DNA of 64,000 bases from Trichoplax sp. H2 (taxonomy: Eukaryota): contig NOWV01000013.1 of assembly GCA_003344405.1 (NCBI GenBank), positions 558,001 to 622,000 of the forward strand, read 5' to 3'. Each line of letters opens with the position of its first letter. Positions within the stretch are counted from its first letter, which is position 1. The position numbers were made by a program, and so were the translations under genes. Under the pieces are notes generated by a model. That model made no database searches. It worked only from the letters and a program-made list of their open reading frames with translations, and had not been told where the DNA came from. Shown piece by piece: positions 39,693 through 52,324 of the stretch.

Positions 39693-41978
39693 TTCAAGTT
39701 TTAACGTTGTACAAAGATCTCCTTGATTAGAGTATCAGGCTAGATTAATAATCACAGTATGCTAGCGTTACTTCATTCTTCAAAATCTCATACCTTAAAT
39801 ATACAAAGACAAGAAAAAGATCAAGTTAATTTGATTTACCGACATAAAGAGAATATATTAATTCTAAAGAGACACCAAGTAATTTTCTAACACCCAAAAT
39901 AGATTAATCAACTATAACATACTATGAATTATAATAACAAAATTATATCAAAAAATCAGAAGTGTTTATACGTCAATTGTACTGTCTTGCAGAGTAGAGG
40001 CATTATTTAAAGCAAAAACTTCAAAAAGATCTTTATAATTTATAAATTGTATCCTAATACTGTTAGATAAGTACACTTGCAACGGTTTTTAATACGGCAA
40101 AGTATCAAATTCTATTCTACAAATACAGTTAGAAAAATAAAATAAAATATAATTACTTACTTCGTGTGAAAGCCATACATACACATACTACACTAGCTAG
40201 TAGTAATTTGTTGTACAGCTATAAATTTCATTTAGGTAGCGATTCCATTATTGCATTACAATAAAACTTATAAAGTGATAAATGTTTTTTTTTATCCCAG
40301 TATAGTAGTCTTCTTAGAGCAACTGTATAATCTTGATCAATTTGGTTTTCTGATATAATAATTTGATGTAATGAATATTATTGTTATAATACAACAGTTA
40401 AATCGGGCTGTTATTGCAGGGATACGTGTCTTTCTTTAGTGACTGTTATTATCTTCAATTACTTATTTACCAGATAATGGATTTGACTGATGGTTAAAAA
40501 TGTTTACGATATGAATTTCTTAACAAGTTAATAATTAAATTGTTTATCGTAACATATATATTCTAAGATATGATCACTATCTACAATATAGTAATAAGCT
40601 AAATGTGAATTTTCTAGATTAATTTAAAGTTTTTAGGAACAGATGCAATCTAGTTTACATTGTCGGCATCCTTTTTTTAATACTTCTGTATGGTGAGGAA
40701 CATATTATCTCCTAGCACAATAGAAATAATACAGTAATCAATAATACCCCTATTATATGTGACTCGAACATCACTGTATTACAAAAAACATCTGGTTGAT
40801 TAATTAATTAAAATCTTAATTCCGATTAAAATGTTGGAACTCTAGAAATGGTAAAATTAAATCAAAAAACTTTATTTGAAGTGATAGCTAATTGAACTTA
40901 ACTATTATAAACAAATGTATTTTACTATCTGTAGATATAACTGGACTCAACGACTGTGTGTTAATTTAATAATTTAGTTTCGCTATTAAAGAACTTTTGA
41001 TTATTCGTATGAATGATACCGTATATGTGAAACTTTCTCATAAACTTTGTTATGAACTCTTGCCTCGTACGAGCTAATTCCAACAGTTAATTCGTAGTGC
41101 AGATTTCTTGTTGCTTTGGCATCGGTTAAATTAGTTTTACAGTATAATTTTCGATTACCTTTACTGAATAGTAGACCGTTAGCAGTGTTTGCGTATTGTT
41201 GTGATTATTGATTAATTATTTATATTAAAATCAGCACTAATTGTTTAACAAGTACAATGGCTATAATACTATCAGTAATAATTACTTTCTTACAATACGG
41301 AGATCAGATAATATCGGTACTGTAGTGTCTGGTAGGTACTACCATGTATCAACATTACATTTATAATGCTTCATAGTGCGCGTTTGTTAATGTGTCAAAC
41401 GATTCGGCCGTAGGTACCTGCTTACCCCACATAATGCTGTTAGCCTAAATCAAATTGCGATATTTAATTTATTTAGTAAGGGTTACAATAGTATTGCATA
41501 CTAGGAGTTGTTACCATTTTACATGATAAGACTAGCAATTACTTGCTACAGTGCCAATAGGTAGAGGGATCTGTCTTAATCACCCTTATTGAAATACTTG
41601 ACAGACTGTACTCTATACACAACAATGTTGATGATTTACTTTATTAACGTAATTGACGACATATATGAACTAGATCTTAGACATGTGCATGTTTTCAAGT
41701 AAGATACTCAACATTAAACACCTCAATCTGTGCTGCACTCTTTGAACTATTGCGATGTTTCGAATATACCGCATAGCAGTGCAAGCATGTAAATCGGATA
41801 TCGAAATAGTGATATCAGTAATTGGTTAAGATACTTTATATCGTATTTATTTTATTTCCTGTTGTATTTATTATTGTTTCTGTCCATATGACAAAGATGC
41901 TATATTACAATATCATATGTTAAAATTATATCAGATTAAAATTAGGATTCATAATTCAAAGCGCGGAAAGATTAAATT

Positions 41979-43000
41979 TTATGATAATTCTGAGCGTAAC
42001 TCGATGTCGTTAATTCGTAAAACGGTGACATTCTGTCGATGACCTACCCAGATAAAAGTATCAATTTAGATTCAATGTGATTTTCAAAAATATCGCACTG
42101 CAGCAAGCTTTATAATCAAGGGCATACCTTTGGTTCGTTTGTAATTTTTTCTACGTTTCTTTTTAAATACAGTTATTTTAGGCGTTTTAGTATGCTCTGC
42201 TACCGTAGCAGAGACTTTGACTATTTTATTACTATGAACAGAAATAATAGTCATTTATTTTTACATCTCGCCATCATAAAGCCTGTTTTGATGTTTTTAT
42301 AAATTCTGAATAAAATAAATGACTTGCACATAAACTTGAAATTCGTTTACCTTATTAGAGGCCTACCAATTAAAGTAAAATTCTTGGAGCCAGCTGCTAA
42401 CACCTTTAAATAAGAAGACATGTAATGTAATATTCAACTAACGAGGTAGTGGGAATATTATGTCGCCCTTCCATTAAATGTATTTCATACCTTTTCTAGA
42501 ATAATATCGGATCCTACTTCCGCTTTAATTTGATTTATGACTATGATATCGTTTCTTGTTATCTTGAATTGATGACCACCTGCATATGTGATTGGTTATA
42601 TCGATCAATTATCATTCAATGTAGACAGTTAAGGTGTTGTATAATAGCATCTGTTAGGACTTACCAACATACACGACTGCATAGGTTTGCGGTAGGTTTT
42701 TTATTTCTTCGTTAACATTTTTTATTATATCTGTCATCAATAGGAAGTAATGCGTTATTTAATCCCAACCATTAAACTAATATGCGTGTATGTTACAGTA
42801 GGTCAATGTTAAAGGGTGTTTATTTAAGTTGAGCTTAGAAGTTGTAATATGTATATTTATAGACACGTATTAGGGGTGATAGGTTTATGTAGAAACTTAC
42901 CCGCATACCTTTTTTTCGTCTCACGCTGCGGTAATTTCGATTCCGGCTGTGGCGCCGTTGATAGAAATCGATGAGACATTGAAGCCAAGACATTACTCAT
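41979..43000 (-). CDS. MRPL21: Mitochondrial ribosomal protein bL21m, at least 6 coding exons; further upstream exons possible to about 44430
   Basis: Spliced: [15 protein letters not shown]...|[125 protein letters not shown]. This is the classic L21 signature. Confidence 0.93.
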
Positions 43001-45732
43001 CTTATATCTAGGTAAACAAGTTGGGATGCAACGATCATAATGCAATACTTATTTTAAGTCGAGCATTTTTATTTGACCTAAGTGGTGCAGTTATATGACC
43101 TACTACTAAGATATGACGATGGATGACCATGTACAGTAATATTGCACAATTCTGATATACAACTTTCGAAAGAGCTTTAGCATGATGTATGCTCGCTACA
43201 AGAAGGTATGCAAGATAGCAATATTTAGGTGCAAACTACCACTTACCCCATAGCTTGGGTGAAGAATTCTCCATGCCTACAGCCATTTACGATAGTTTTA
43301 TGCCAAACTATTTATTGGAGAAGAATATAGGTAAATAGTGAGACACAGTAGGAAACGTTATAGTTTTAGCAAACCTGTAATTTATATATAATATTGGCTG
43401 TTACATAATTTTGTCTCAGGGTCCTCTCCTGACAGTAACAAATTGCAGGTTCTGTATGATGATAATAGTATAGTCTAAAGGAAATACTGTAGAATAGTAC
43501 TAATCGAACAAATCGTAAATTTTCAGACCTGTAGTAATACGAATCGGTATCTTTGCTAGTCCCCATATACCGTGTAGTACTAGTACGTTGTATAAACTCT
43601 ATCAATTAAAGGTGAATTTACCAATATCGAGATGTAACCACTGAGAAGTTACTATGTGTAGCATTCCAATGCATTTTTATAGTATCGATTTGCTGCCTCC
43701 ATTTCAGCATACGTATATGGCAAAAGACTACGTCTGCATTAAAAAGACTAATGTACCAGCATAACTTGATCCATTATAATTATCAAAAGTTGTACTGCAA
43801 TTGAATTTACGAGTAGCTATAGCCTATAGCTACTTGGTAGCCTATAGGCAACCAAGTACTTGCAGATAGTGTTTGTATACCGTGGTACTGTCCTTTACTA
43901 CTGTATCCATTGTAATGAGACTTATACTTTCCACTTCAAGATGGAGACAGTTGGAGCATTTTATATCTTAGATTGTTATCAACTTGCGATTTATAATTGT
44001 ACCTACAGTGGTTTTATGATCTACTGTATGTATGACTATTGAGATTTCTGTAATATTGCGGCATGCACTTCCCTCTAGAGATCCCATAGTAGATAAAGTG
44101 GCATTAATTGTATACCATCTATGATTTTGATATTAACCTACTACATCAATGCAAGTTTGTTAGCACATATTTCCACAGTTGATAGCTACTACATTGGGTG
44201 GCAGATCAACAAGCTTACTATTTATTCGCTGAAGGGGTGTATCATCTCATAAATGATTGATCGAATGGGGGGCTACTGGTTGATTTTTATCACATACTGT
44301 AGCTAGAAAAGACTGGACTTGGAAAGCCTCGACTTTGACGACTCGTGGCAAGACTGATCCCAATGTTATACGATGTAAGGGCAAGCTCATCAGCAAGTAT
44401 CTATGCATCATGTACCTAATGATACTTACCATGATTTAATGTCCTATGTAGATTGAGCATTTTGCAAGACAGAGCGAGAATTCTAGCAGTTCATTAGATA
44501 GCAAACTACAGTTCCAGCTAGAAGTTGTTCAAATGCCAGGCAGGAAAAAGCCTGAGAGAAAATACAAACTAACATCTGTACCGCATGCCTACACATACAC
44601 TTCTACCGTACCGTACTAAACCATACAGTACAGCAGTGTACAGTACAGTTGCATGCAACGCAAGCCTACCATCACGTGATCACAATCGTGGTCCAGTATA
44701 ATGTAGTTGTGCGCAGATGCAGTCGACGTAGCCGACCACCACGGCAATAATTAAGTTAGCCACCAATAAAAAGACGACTAAGACTGGCGAAAGCACTCAG
44801 TGAAAGGCAGTAAAAATATTTTGGCATATAGCGTTAAATGTTGGCCAATTAGGCCATGTCGATTTTGAAGTCACGCCAGCAAAAGTAGAATATAAAAATA
44901 GGATATATAGATGAAAGAGGGCAAAAATGAAAGCAGGGATTGCTACAAGACGTAACAGTCTTTATTGCCGAACATACCTTTCTACAGCAATCAACGAGGT
45001 TATTGAACGAGTAGACAGTACAATATCATAACGAGTGTCGTGATAGTCATATTATACCGTTAAATAGGCTACACCGGTGATTCGAATTATTTATTCGATT
45101 ACAAGATGATGACGATATATTTTGGTATTAATTATTCTACTTCTATAATAAAATAAATCAATTTCCAGTTATCGGCTTGAATTATTATTCTTATTCGCCT
45201 ATGGATAAATAGCTCAACACGCAATAATTACAGTATTTCAGTGGATCAATTTTGACTAGAATTTAGCGTTCAAGACTTGCAACGACATTCGAATCAACAA
45301 GTTCAGTTTGCGTCATCGGGCATATTCCACAATTTGCTAAACGGATAGGATGCGTCAATTTTTGATCATCTTTCTGGCCAAACATAAGAATGACGAAAAT
45401 ATACAAGACAGATCTTCATTCTTCTCAACATGTTGAAAACCAATTATGCAACACGGTCATAAGCGTTAATAAATATGTCCAGTTTAATTGAATTTGTAGG
45501 GGTGATTATTTACGCGGAAAGGGACACAAAATACAACGAGATCAGTAACGTAGCAACTGCCAATTTTGCAATGCCTGTAGTTATCATTTCTTATTTCATG
45601 GGGATACGAGCACATTAAAATAGTCTGTACAATAATTTTCTTTCCTTGCACCTACCATAACTCAATCCATGTTCCCATCAAGGAATCGTTTATGATGAGC
45701 CAAATCATAACATGATACGCTAATGCCTATCT

Positions 45733-46440
45733 TCACTTTGTAATGTTCTCGTCCGATCTTTCAGGTCTTTTCACTTTAATTAACTTTTGTAAATTTGGCC
45801 TACTTCGTATGAAATAAGGATTTTTGTAGGTTGAAAAATTCGGACAATGATTACGCTGACCAATAACCTTCTTAAAGTTATGCATATTCAATTGCCTAAC
45901 AATACTGTTAAATTTATTCGTTTTATATTTGGGGAAATTTTGCAACACACACTTTTCAAACTTTTCTGGTGGATTAATAATATGAAAAGTGCTACCATCA
46001 TCGCTCCATCTAATGTATGGCTGAAAAGCCTTACACTCAACCATTTCTCGTAAAAATTGCACAAAGTAAGATGTTCGTGGTCTTCTGTAATACTTTTGAT
46101 TGGCAGATGATAAATTTTGGGGTTGCTGCATGTTTCCATCCCCATTTCTATCCGTTCTTATTTCTTTACTACCAAGATTTGAAATATTGACCAACGATTC
46201 GCGCCTATTTGCTTCACCAGCTCTCTTTTCTATATACATGTTGCTTCCATTTCTCAGTTGATAAGTTACTTTTTCATTCCTTGTTGATGAAGATTCGGCA
46301 TCGAAATCGGCGAGAGCACAAGCTATATCTGCTAAAAGGCAAAGATTGCTAAGGCTACAATATTCCTTCCTGTCATCATAATATTGACCATGAGCCAATT
46401 TGGAAAAAGGTTTCTTAAAATTATTGATTACGGATTCCAT
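45733..46440 (-). CDS. HSF-type DNA-binding-domain protein, intronless 235-aa ORF with the DBD at the C-terminus
   Basis: FVQFLREMV...YIRWSDDGSTFHI...KYKTNKFNSIVRQLNMHNFKKV...YKNPYFIRSRPNLQKLIKVK matches the HSF winged-helix signature (FLxKLWxLV, IxW, SFVRQLNMYGFRKV, HPxFxRG). Confidence 0.88.
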   Translation of the reverse strand: MESVINNFKKPFSKLAHGQYYDDRKEYCSLSNLCLLADIACALADFDAESSSTRNEKVTYQLRNGSNMYIEKRAGEANRRESLVNISNLGSKEIRTDRNGDGNMQQPQNLSSANQKYYRRPRTSYFVQFLREMVECKAFQPYIRWSDDGSTFHIINPPEKFEKCVLQNFPKYKTNKFNSIVRQLNMHNFKKVIGQRNHCPNFSTYKNPYFIRSRPNLQKLIKVKRPERSDENITK

Positions 46441-47004
46441 TGATGCTCTTAAGTTATATAGCTTTCTTTACGAGATATTTTTCTATTTTATAGTCCTTAG
46501 GCAGAAAATATTTTTCGGTATTTTTGTCTATAATGCTGGATTCTGATAGAGAAAAAAATCAAAACAGGAATCTACAAAGAAATACTCGCAATTGCAAAAC
46601 CTACTACTGTATTGTCATTCCGTTAATAATTGTAGCATTTGTTATGTAGCAATAGAAGAAATTAATACAGAATTATAACGTCTCTAGTTTGAAAACCAAC
46701 TGCAGTACCATAACTTGGTTTAGTTTCGTGTTCATCGACATCATATTTGGTAATAGAAGACTGAAGCGCACTGGTATATCGTCTCTCACATCACAAATTT
46801 AGGTAGTCAACCTTTCAACTTGTCATTCCATTCGAGCTACATTAAACTTCAATGTCCATCATATTCTGCACCGCTGCTGTTGTAATCGTATTTACAGCCT
46901 TACGCCAAAATGATGACAGCATGAAAGAAAAGAATATGACAAGGCTAATACAGTAACTTTGTGGTGTAATAGGCGATATTAGCTACCGAATGAATAAGGA
47001 TATG

Positions 47005-48170
47005 AACGTAGCACATAAAAAAGAATCTACTGTAGTTATTATTGGGATTTAAAAACTGTTGCAACTGGTAATCCCTAGTATGCTTGCAGTATATGATATT
47101 AGTAAATATGCTTGCAAATATACAATATTAACTACTGTTTGAATATTACGTTAACGTAGCTCTTTGAAAAATAAATTCACGACAGTTAATATTGGATTTG
47201 ATCACTGTGACAATTAGTAATTCCTAGTGTAGTGAAGTCGTCTTATGATAAGATAGACGATGACAATGAAAGTAAGTCGGAATCTACACCTCTTCTAGTT
47301 TTACTCTAGCCTCCTACTACACAATAATTAATATGCTTCCTAATATACCATGTTAGGTTTGTGAACTGTTATTCGAATATCACGTTAGCATGGCTCATAG
47401 AAAGATTCACTGCAGTTATTATTGGGATTTGAGTACTGTAGCAACTGATAATTTCGAATATGCTTGCAATAGACGATAGTAGCTACTATTCGAATATCAG
47501 GTGAGTGTAGCTCATGGAAAAATTGACTACAGTTATTATTGGAATTTAAACAACATGGTAACTGCTAATTTCTAGTATGCTTGTAGTATATAATATTAGT
47601 TAGTATGCTTGTTAATATACGATCTTAGCTACTGTACTACAATTATTTGGGGGACTTGAGCGCTGTAGCAACTAGTAATTCCGAATATACTTGCTAAAAT
47701 ACAATATGCGATCATAGCTACGACCCCAATATTACATTGGCGTAGCATATGGAAAGAATCATGACAGTCATTATTAGGATTTTAATACTATGACAACGGG
47801 TAATTCCTAGTATGCTTGTAATATACACAATATGTATACTGTAACTGCAGTCAATCTTTCCATGTATATTAGAAATGGAAAGATTTACTATAATTACAGC
47901 AGTAATAAGATTTCAGCTCTGTGCCGACTATTCAGTCATTCCTAGCTGGGATATCGTTCAAATCTTTCGCTAGCATAACACATGGAAAGATTCACAGTAG
48001 TTGTTATTAGGGTTTCCACACTGTGACAACTGGTAAGTTGCTTACAAAATATACGATATTAGCTGCGGTGCTCTTCAACTGTTACGTTAGCGTAGCTCAT
48101 GGAAAGATTAACTGTAATTAGTAATAAGATTTCAGCAATGTGACCGTTGATAATTCTTACAGCAAGCAAT
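47005..48170. repeat. Old degenerate tandem repeat, about 9 units of roughly 115-150 bp, upstream of the HSF-like gene
   Basis: Recurrent 'gtagctcatggaaagatt..ct(a/g)cagttattattgggattt...actgt(a/g)(g/a)caact(g/a)gtaatt(c/t)ctagtatgcttg' starting at about 47008, 47156, 47390, 47507, 47630, 47742, 47875, 47970 and 48092. Confidence 0.85.
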
Positions 48171-49200
48171 TACGGTTATAGAAGTTTTCATTAGATGTAA
48201 TAATGAATTCGATTTATATATAACTCACCGAATTTTTTGGCCTTTAAGCTGTTGTAATGGCCTTGCACTGCTTGTAGCATCCGTATTAATATTTGTAAAT
48301 ATTAAAGTAACTAGTAACTAGTAAGGTCATTACTATAATTCGTTAAATGATTGATTTCGAAGGTCATCGCTTTAACTAAAAGATATACTACCAACTTTAT
48401 CTTCAACTGGAATGAGCTCACCAAATATTTAAGTCATTTCTATAGTAATAACCTTGAAATACTATACATAAGTATGCATTTCTGCATTTAAGCCATCCAT
48501 CAACACAGTAAATTTTCCATTAGCCCAAAATTTACGGAAGATTAATCTAATTTTATGATATTGATTAGTTTTTTAGGCCAAATTCGTTGAGGTATAGAAG
48601 ATAATAATATTTTTCTTAATAAAAGCACGTTCCCATACTAGGTATGATCAGATAGCTATGTTATGTGCTATCGATATAAAATTATTTACATACACAAGTT
48701 ACGCTTCAGAGTAGTGTATTTTAATACTGCATTTTATCGTTGACGTAATAATTTTTAGCTAAGAACTGAGGATAAATCGCGTTTGGTTTGATTGGCTTAA
48801 TCAGTATTTCAATTTTCACAGTAAAACTCTTACAAATATTGTATTTAGAAGTTTCCGTAGAGGTCAACAAAGTTACAACTTGACGTGAATTTGATTCCTC
48901 TTCAGAGATTGTTGCTTTATTAACGACATTAATTATTTCAAGATAGGAGTGCAATGTACGTTTATTCAGTAGTATGCAGATAATATTTACTTTTTATCAG
49001 AATCCGTAAAATATGTCATGCTCGTAAATTGAAATATTTCAGCTAGTAGATTTACTGTTGTTGAAGCGGTAGTTGATTAGACCTCTATCTTTCAGGTAAG
49101 AAATTTGATTGCAATAGCAAAAATCGTCGTGTCTAAGCTATCTTATATACAAAGTGTAATTCACGAATTTTAAAGGTTATATAAAAGTTATAATAACAGC

Positions 49201-51734
49201 TCAGGTTGAACAATTTGTAAACATGTGTTCATAATGGACAATAATTTGAGAATCCCAGCCGCAAGACATAAAAGAATTTTTTTCAGGCAAGCACGATAAT
49301 CCCTTGGCAAAGTCATTGTGACGATAATCTTTATAACTATATTAATACGAAGAGAAGTCATTAAAGTAAAAGCGATGGTCATTTTAAAGATTAGTAGAAA
49401 GATGCATGCCACAGTTGTGAACGTAATACTTACACTATATTCATTAATCCGCTTGTATTGATATCAATGACAGATACTGAACAATCATCGGACGCCGATA
49501 TAATTTTACTAATTTCAGAATTATAAAGAACAATCACCTGATGCCTAGCAAAATTATGTTGCTACTATTCAGAAAATATCGTTCGTGCATTAAACGATAA
49601 TGTATGCTTCATCATACCTATCCTTGTAAAATAAGAGTCTAGTGATCCAGCGTTTATGAACGCAATTCGTTGAAGTAACTATCTCATTAGCTTGCCGAAT
49701 ATCAAATAAAGAAATACTACCATTTTCGAATCCTTTTTCAAATGAAATAAACATGTGATTACTGTATGTAGTTTTAATTGATGTGACAAATGAGTAAAGG
49801 GAATGATTATCTAACTATTGGTTGATTCGATTTAGCAAATTGATTACTATGCATAGTATAGTCATGCTTTTAAGTATACATCACAATTGACTTACCAATT
49901 GCAAATTGCGAGCCATTAACATTAGAGCAATTAGTAACAGCAGTCGCAGCTAAACCAAGCTTCATGCCTAGTACGATATTATTGTTAACGTAATGAATAT
50001 TTTAGTAACAATACTGCTATAAGCTTAAAGATTAGGCTATAGTTGAGATTGCATGTAGCTAGAACCAGCTGCTTCCCAACTAAAACATTGATACCTAATG
50101 CATAACTTGTTGATGATTCTCTCATATCAGATACCGCTATTGATCCATCCTTGATTGGAAAGCATTTAAATAGGTTAAATTATTAATACAAAGTGCCACT
50201 TTAGGTGATACTTCAGGATACTAGAAATTTTATTTCTAATCACTGAACAAGATGTTCAGTATCAATTATTGGTACTGCAGTCAATAAGTCAAGTCATATA
50301 CTTAACACAAGAAAGTTTAATCTCACCGAAGACGTAGAAATTAGCATATTCATTTCCGTAGGATTCCATTTTAAAGAAGTAACTTCAGCTGAGTGCTCTA
50401 TGAACATATACAAAAGTTATCAGATGATAAGAAATTATAATATAATACACAATAAATCATGTTCCATACTTTATGACATGATTAATTAATTAATTAGCCT
50501 ATTTAACTTTACAGACTGATTTGTATTTTATATAATGCTTTACTATGAAGTGTAGCAATCGATGTCTCTTTAGCAATATCCCATAATTTGATAGATTTAT
50601 CAGATGATCCACTTGCAGCAATTTTATTACGGTTGACATCCAGAGATGATATTAAGTTATTGTGTTCTAAAAAGGAGGTAGTTCTTTTCATAGCACTACA
50701 ATCATCGTCTAACATTAGCCATACGACCAATTCTCCATTGTCAGATCCGACAAGAAGATTATCTTCATCAAACCATGTCATATCGGCACTGCTGTTCTCA
50801 CAAAATGAGACTATTAACGAAAGAATAAATATTTGAGCAGTCTATGCTTAAAAAGGAGTACCACGAACTAGCGTTACCTTAAATTTCTTATGTCAAACAA
50901 CAATTGATGCTTTAATTTACGTACGCGTATGTCTACTTTTAATAGAGGAAACTGGATGGCCAGTACCTGCTGTATATTCTGTCGTTTCAGTTGAAGTGGA
51001 CACGGTGTTGGGATATACTTGAATGCACCCAGTCCATCTCGAGCTGCTAAGAGTTGATCCTAGAACAGCGAGGCATCCGTCTACCAAGATAACAGTGATT
51101 ATAGTGTTGAGCTAAGTCATTAGTAACGACAAATATACTGTACATAAGTATACGCGAATATGCAAACAGCTACCTTTGTACTACGTCAGAATTACGAAAT
51201 TTAGCTACCCTATTTTCCCATGTGATTACTCAAATACTGTAGCCCCAATAGAGTGTCAAAATCGGCTATCATTCAAACTTTAAGAGTTATAATCAGCTTT
51301 TCTAAAGCTCTATCAGGTGGCCTACAAACACTTCTAAATTGGCTACTATTGGTAGCTGTAAGCCTACGTATGTAAACTTGATTGTTTTTCTGAAAGATTA
51401 ATACTATGACACTGTCATAATGAAGCTGGAAAGAAGAAGAATATTGAATATGCATCTCATTGCTTAGATTAGTCGAAAGGATAGCTAATACTGGTAGTAG
51501 TCAAATAATGTCAATCTTTCAATCTATTGGTATAACTCTTTCATTATTCGTTGCATACTTGTAAAGTCATGATCTATTTCCAGTACTTTTATCGATCAAC
51601 ACCATTAGTATTTTGATAGATATACTGTACTTTCATGAAGCAATACAACACACTTGTACCATAGTACTATAGATCTTACCTTTCCGATGGCATAAAGCCT
51701 CATATTGGAATCCAAGTATATTTTGCGTAGACAT
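49201..51734 (-). CDS. WDR77: Methylosome protein 50 (WD-repeat PRMT5 cofactor), about 9 exons
   Basis: Exon 1 51734-51680; exon 2 DGCLAVLGSTLSSSRWTGCIQVY (cf. MEP50 [21 protein letters not shown]); ADMTWFDEDNLLVGSDNGELVVW; EHNNLISSLDV...ASGSSDKSIKLWD; SASDDCSVSV; last exon HNDFAKGL...SCGWDSQIIVH, stop at 49201-49203. Confidence 0.88.
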
Positions 51735-52324
51735 GATGCTACTTATCTACATCAATACTGTAGTAGCAGACTAGTGTTCAGCAGGCACAATGATTTCTAA
51801 AGATGATGAGTTTGAACTTTGTTTAGACTTGGCGCTTAATTAGAGACTGTCTCCAGCCTGCTGGCAGTTTTAGTGCTGAAACTGGCTACAATACGGTATA
51901 CAATACTAACGAGTCCATTGCGCCCCATTCATAATATACAGTAGCACAGGACGTAGAGGAAATAGTATTAAATCGTCTCTACTCTACTCTCTCTCTCTCT
52001 CTCTCTCGCACTGTATATTATAAACTGCGGAAATATTTCATCAGGTGCTCAGATCAGTACTGCAACTAGCAGCTTGACCCATCAAAATGAGAAAGTGATG
52101 TTGTATCCACAACAAAATAAATAGGCCTTGTTCTTTGCTAAGGATTACTATAAGATACTGACGGTACTGCTTCCTACTGTGTGTGTACAGTGTACAGTAT
52201 AGGCAAATTGGCAAATTAATAAATAAAAGCACATAATATCCAATTCGATAAATACGCATCAAAATATTTCTTGGCTCATCAATACTTGATCACGGTGCTC
52301 CTTGCATATCGAAAACTTGGCACC
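51735..52324. promoter_or_regulatory. Divergent (head-to-head) intergenic region shared by WDR77 and the CYP gene, containing a (CT)n microsatellite
   Basis: The two ATGs face away from each other about 590 bp apart. (CT)n lies at 51987-52007. Confidence 0.6.
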
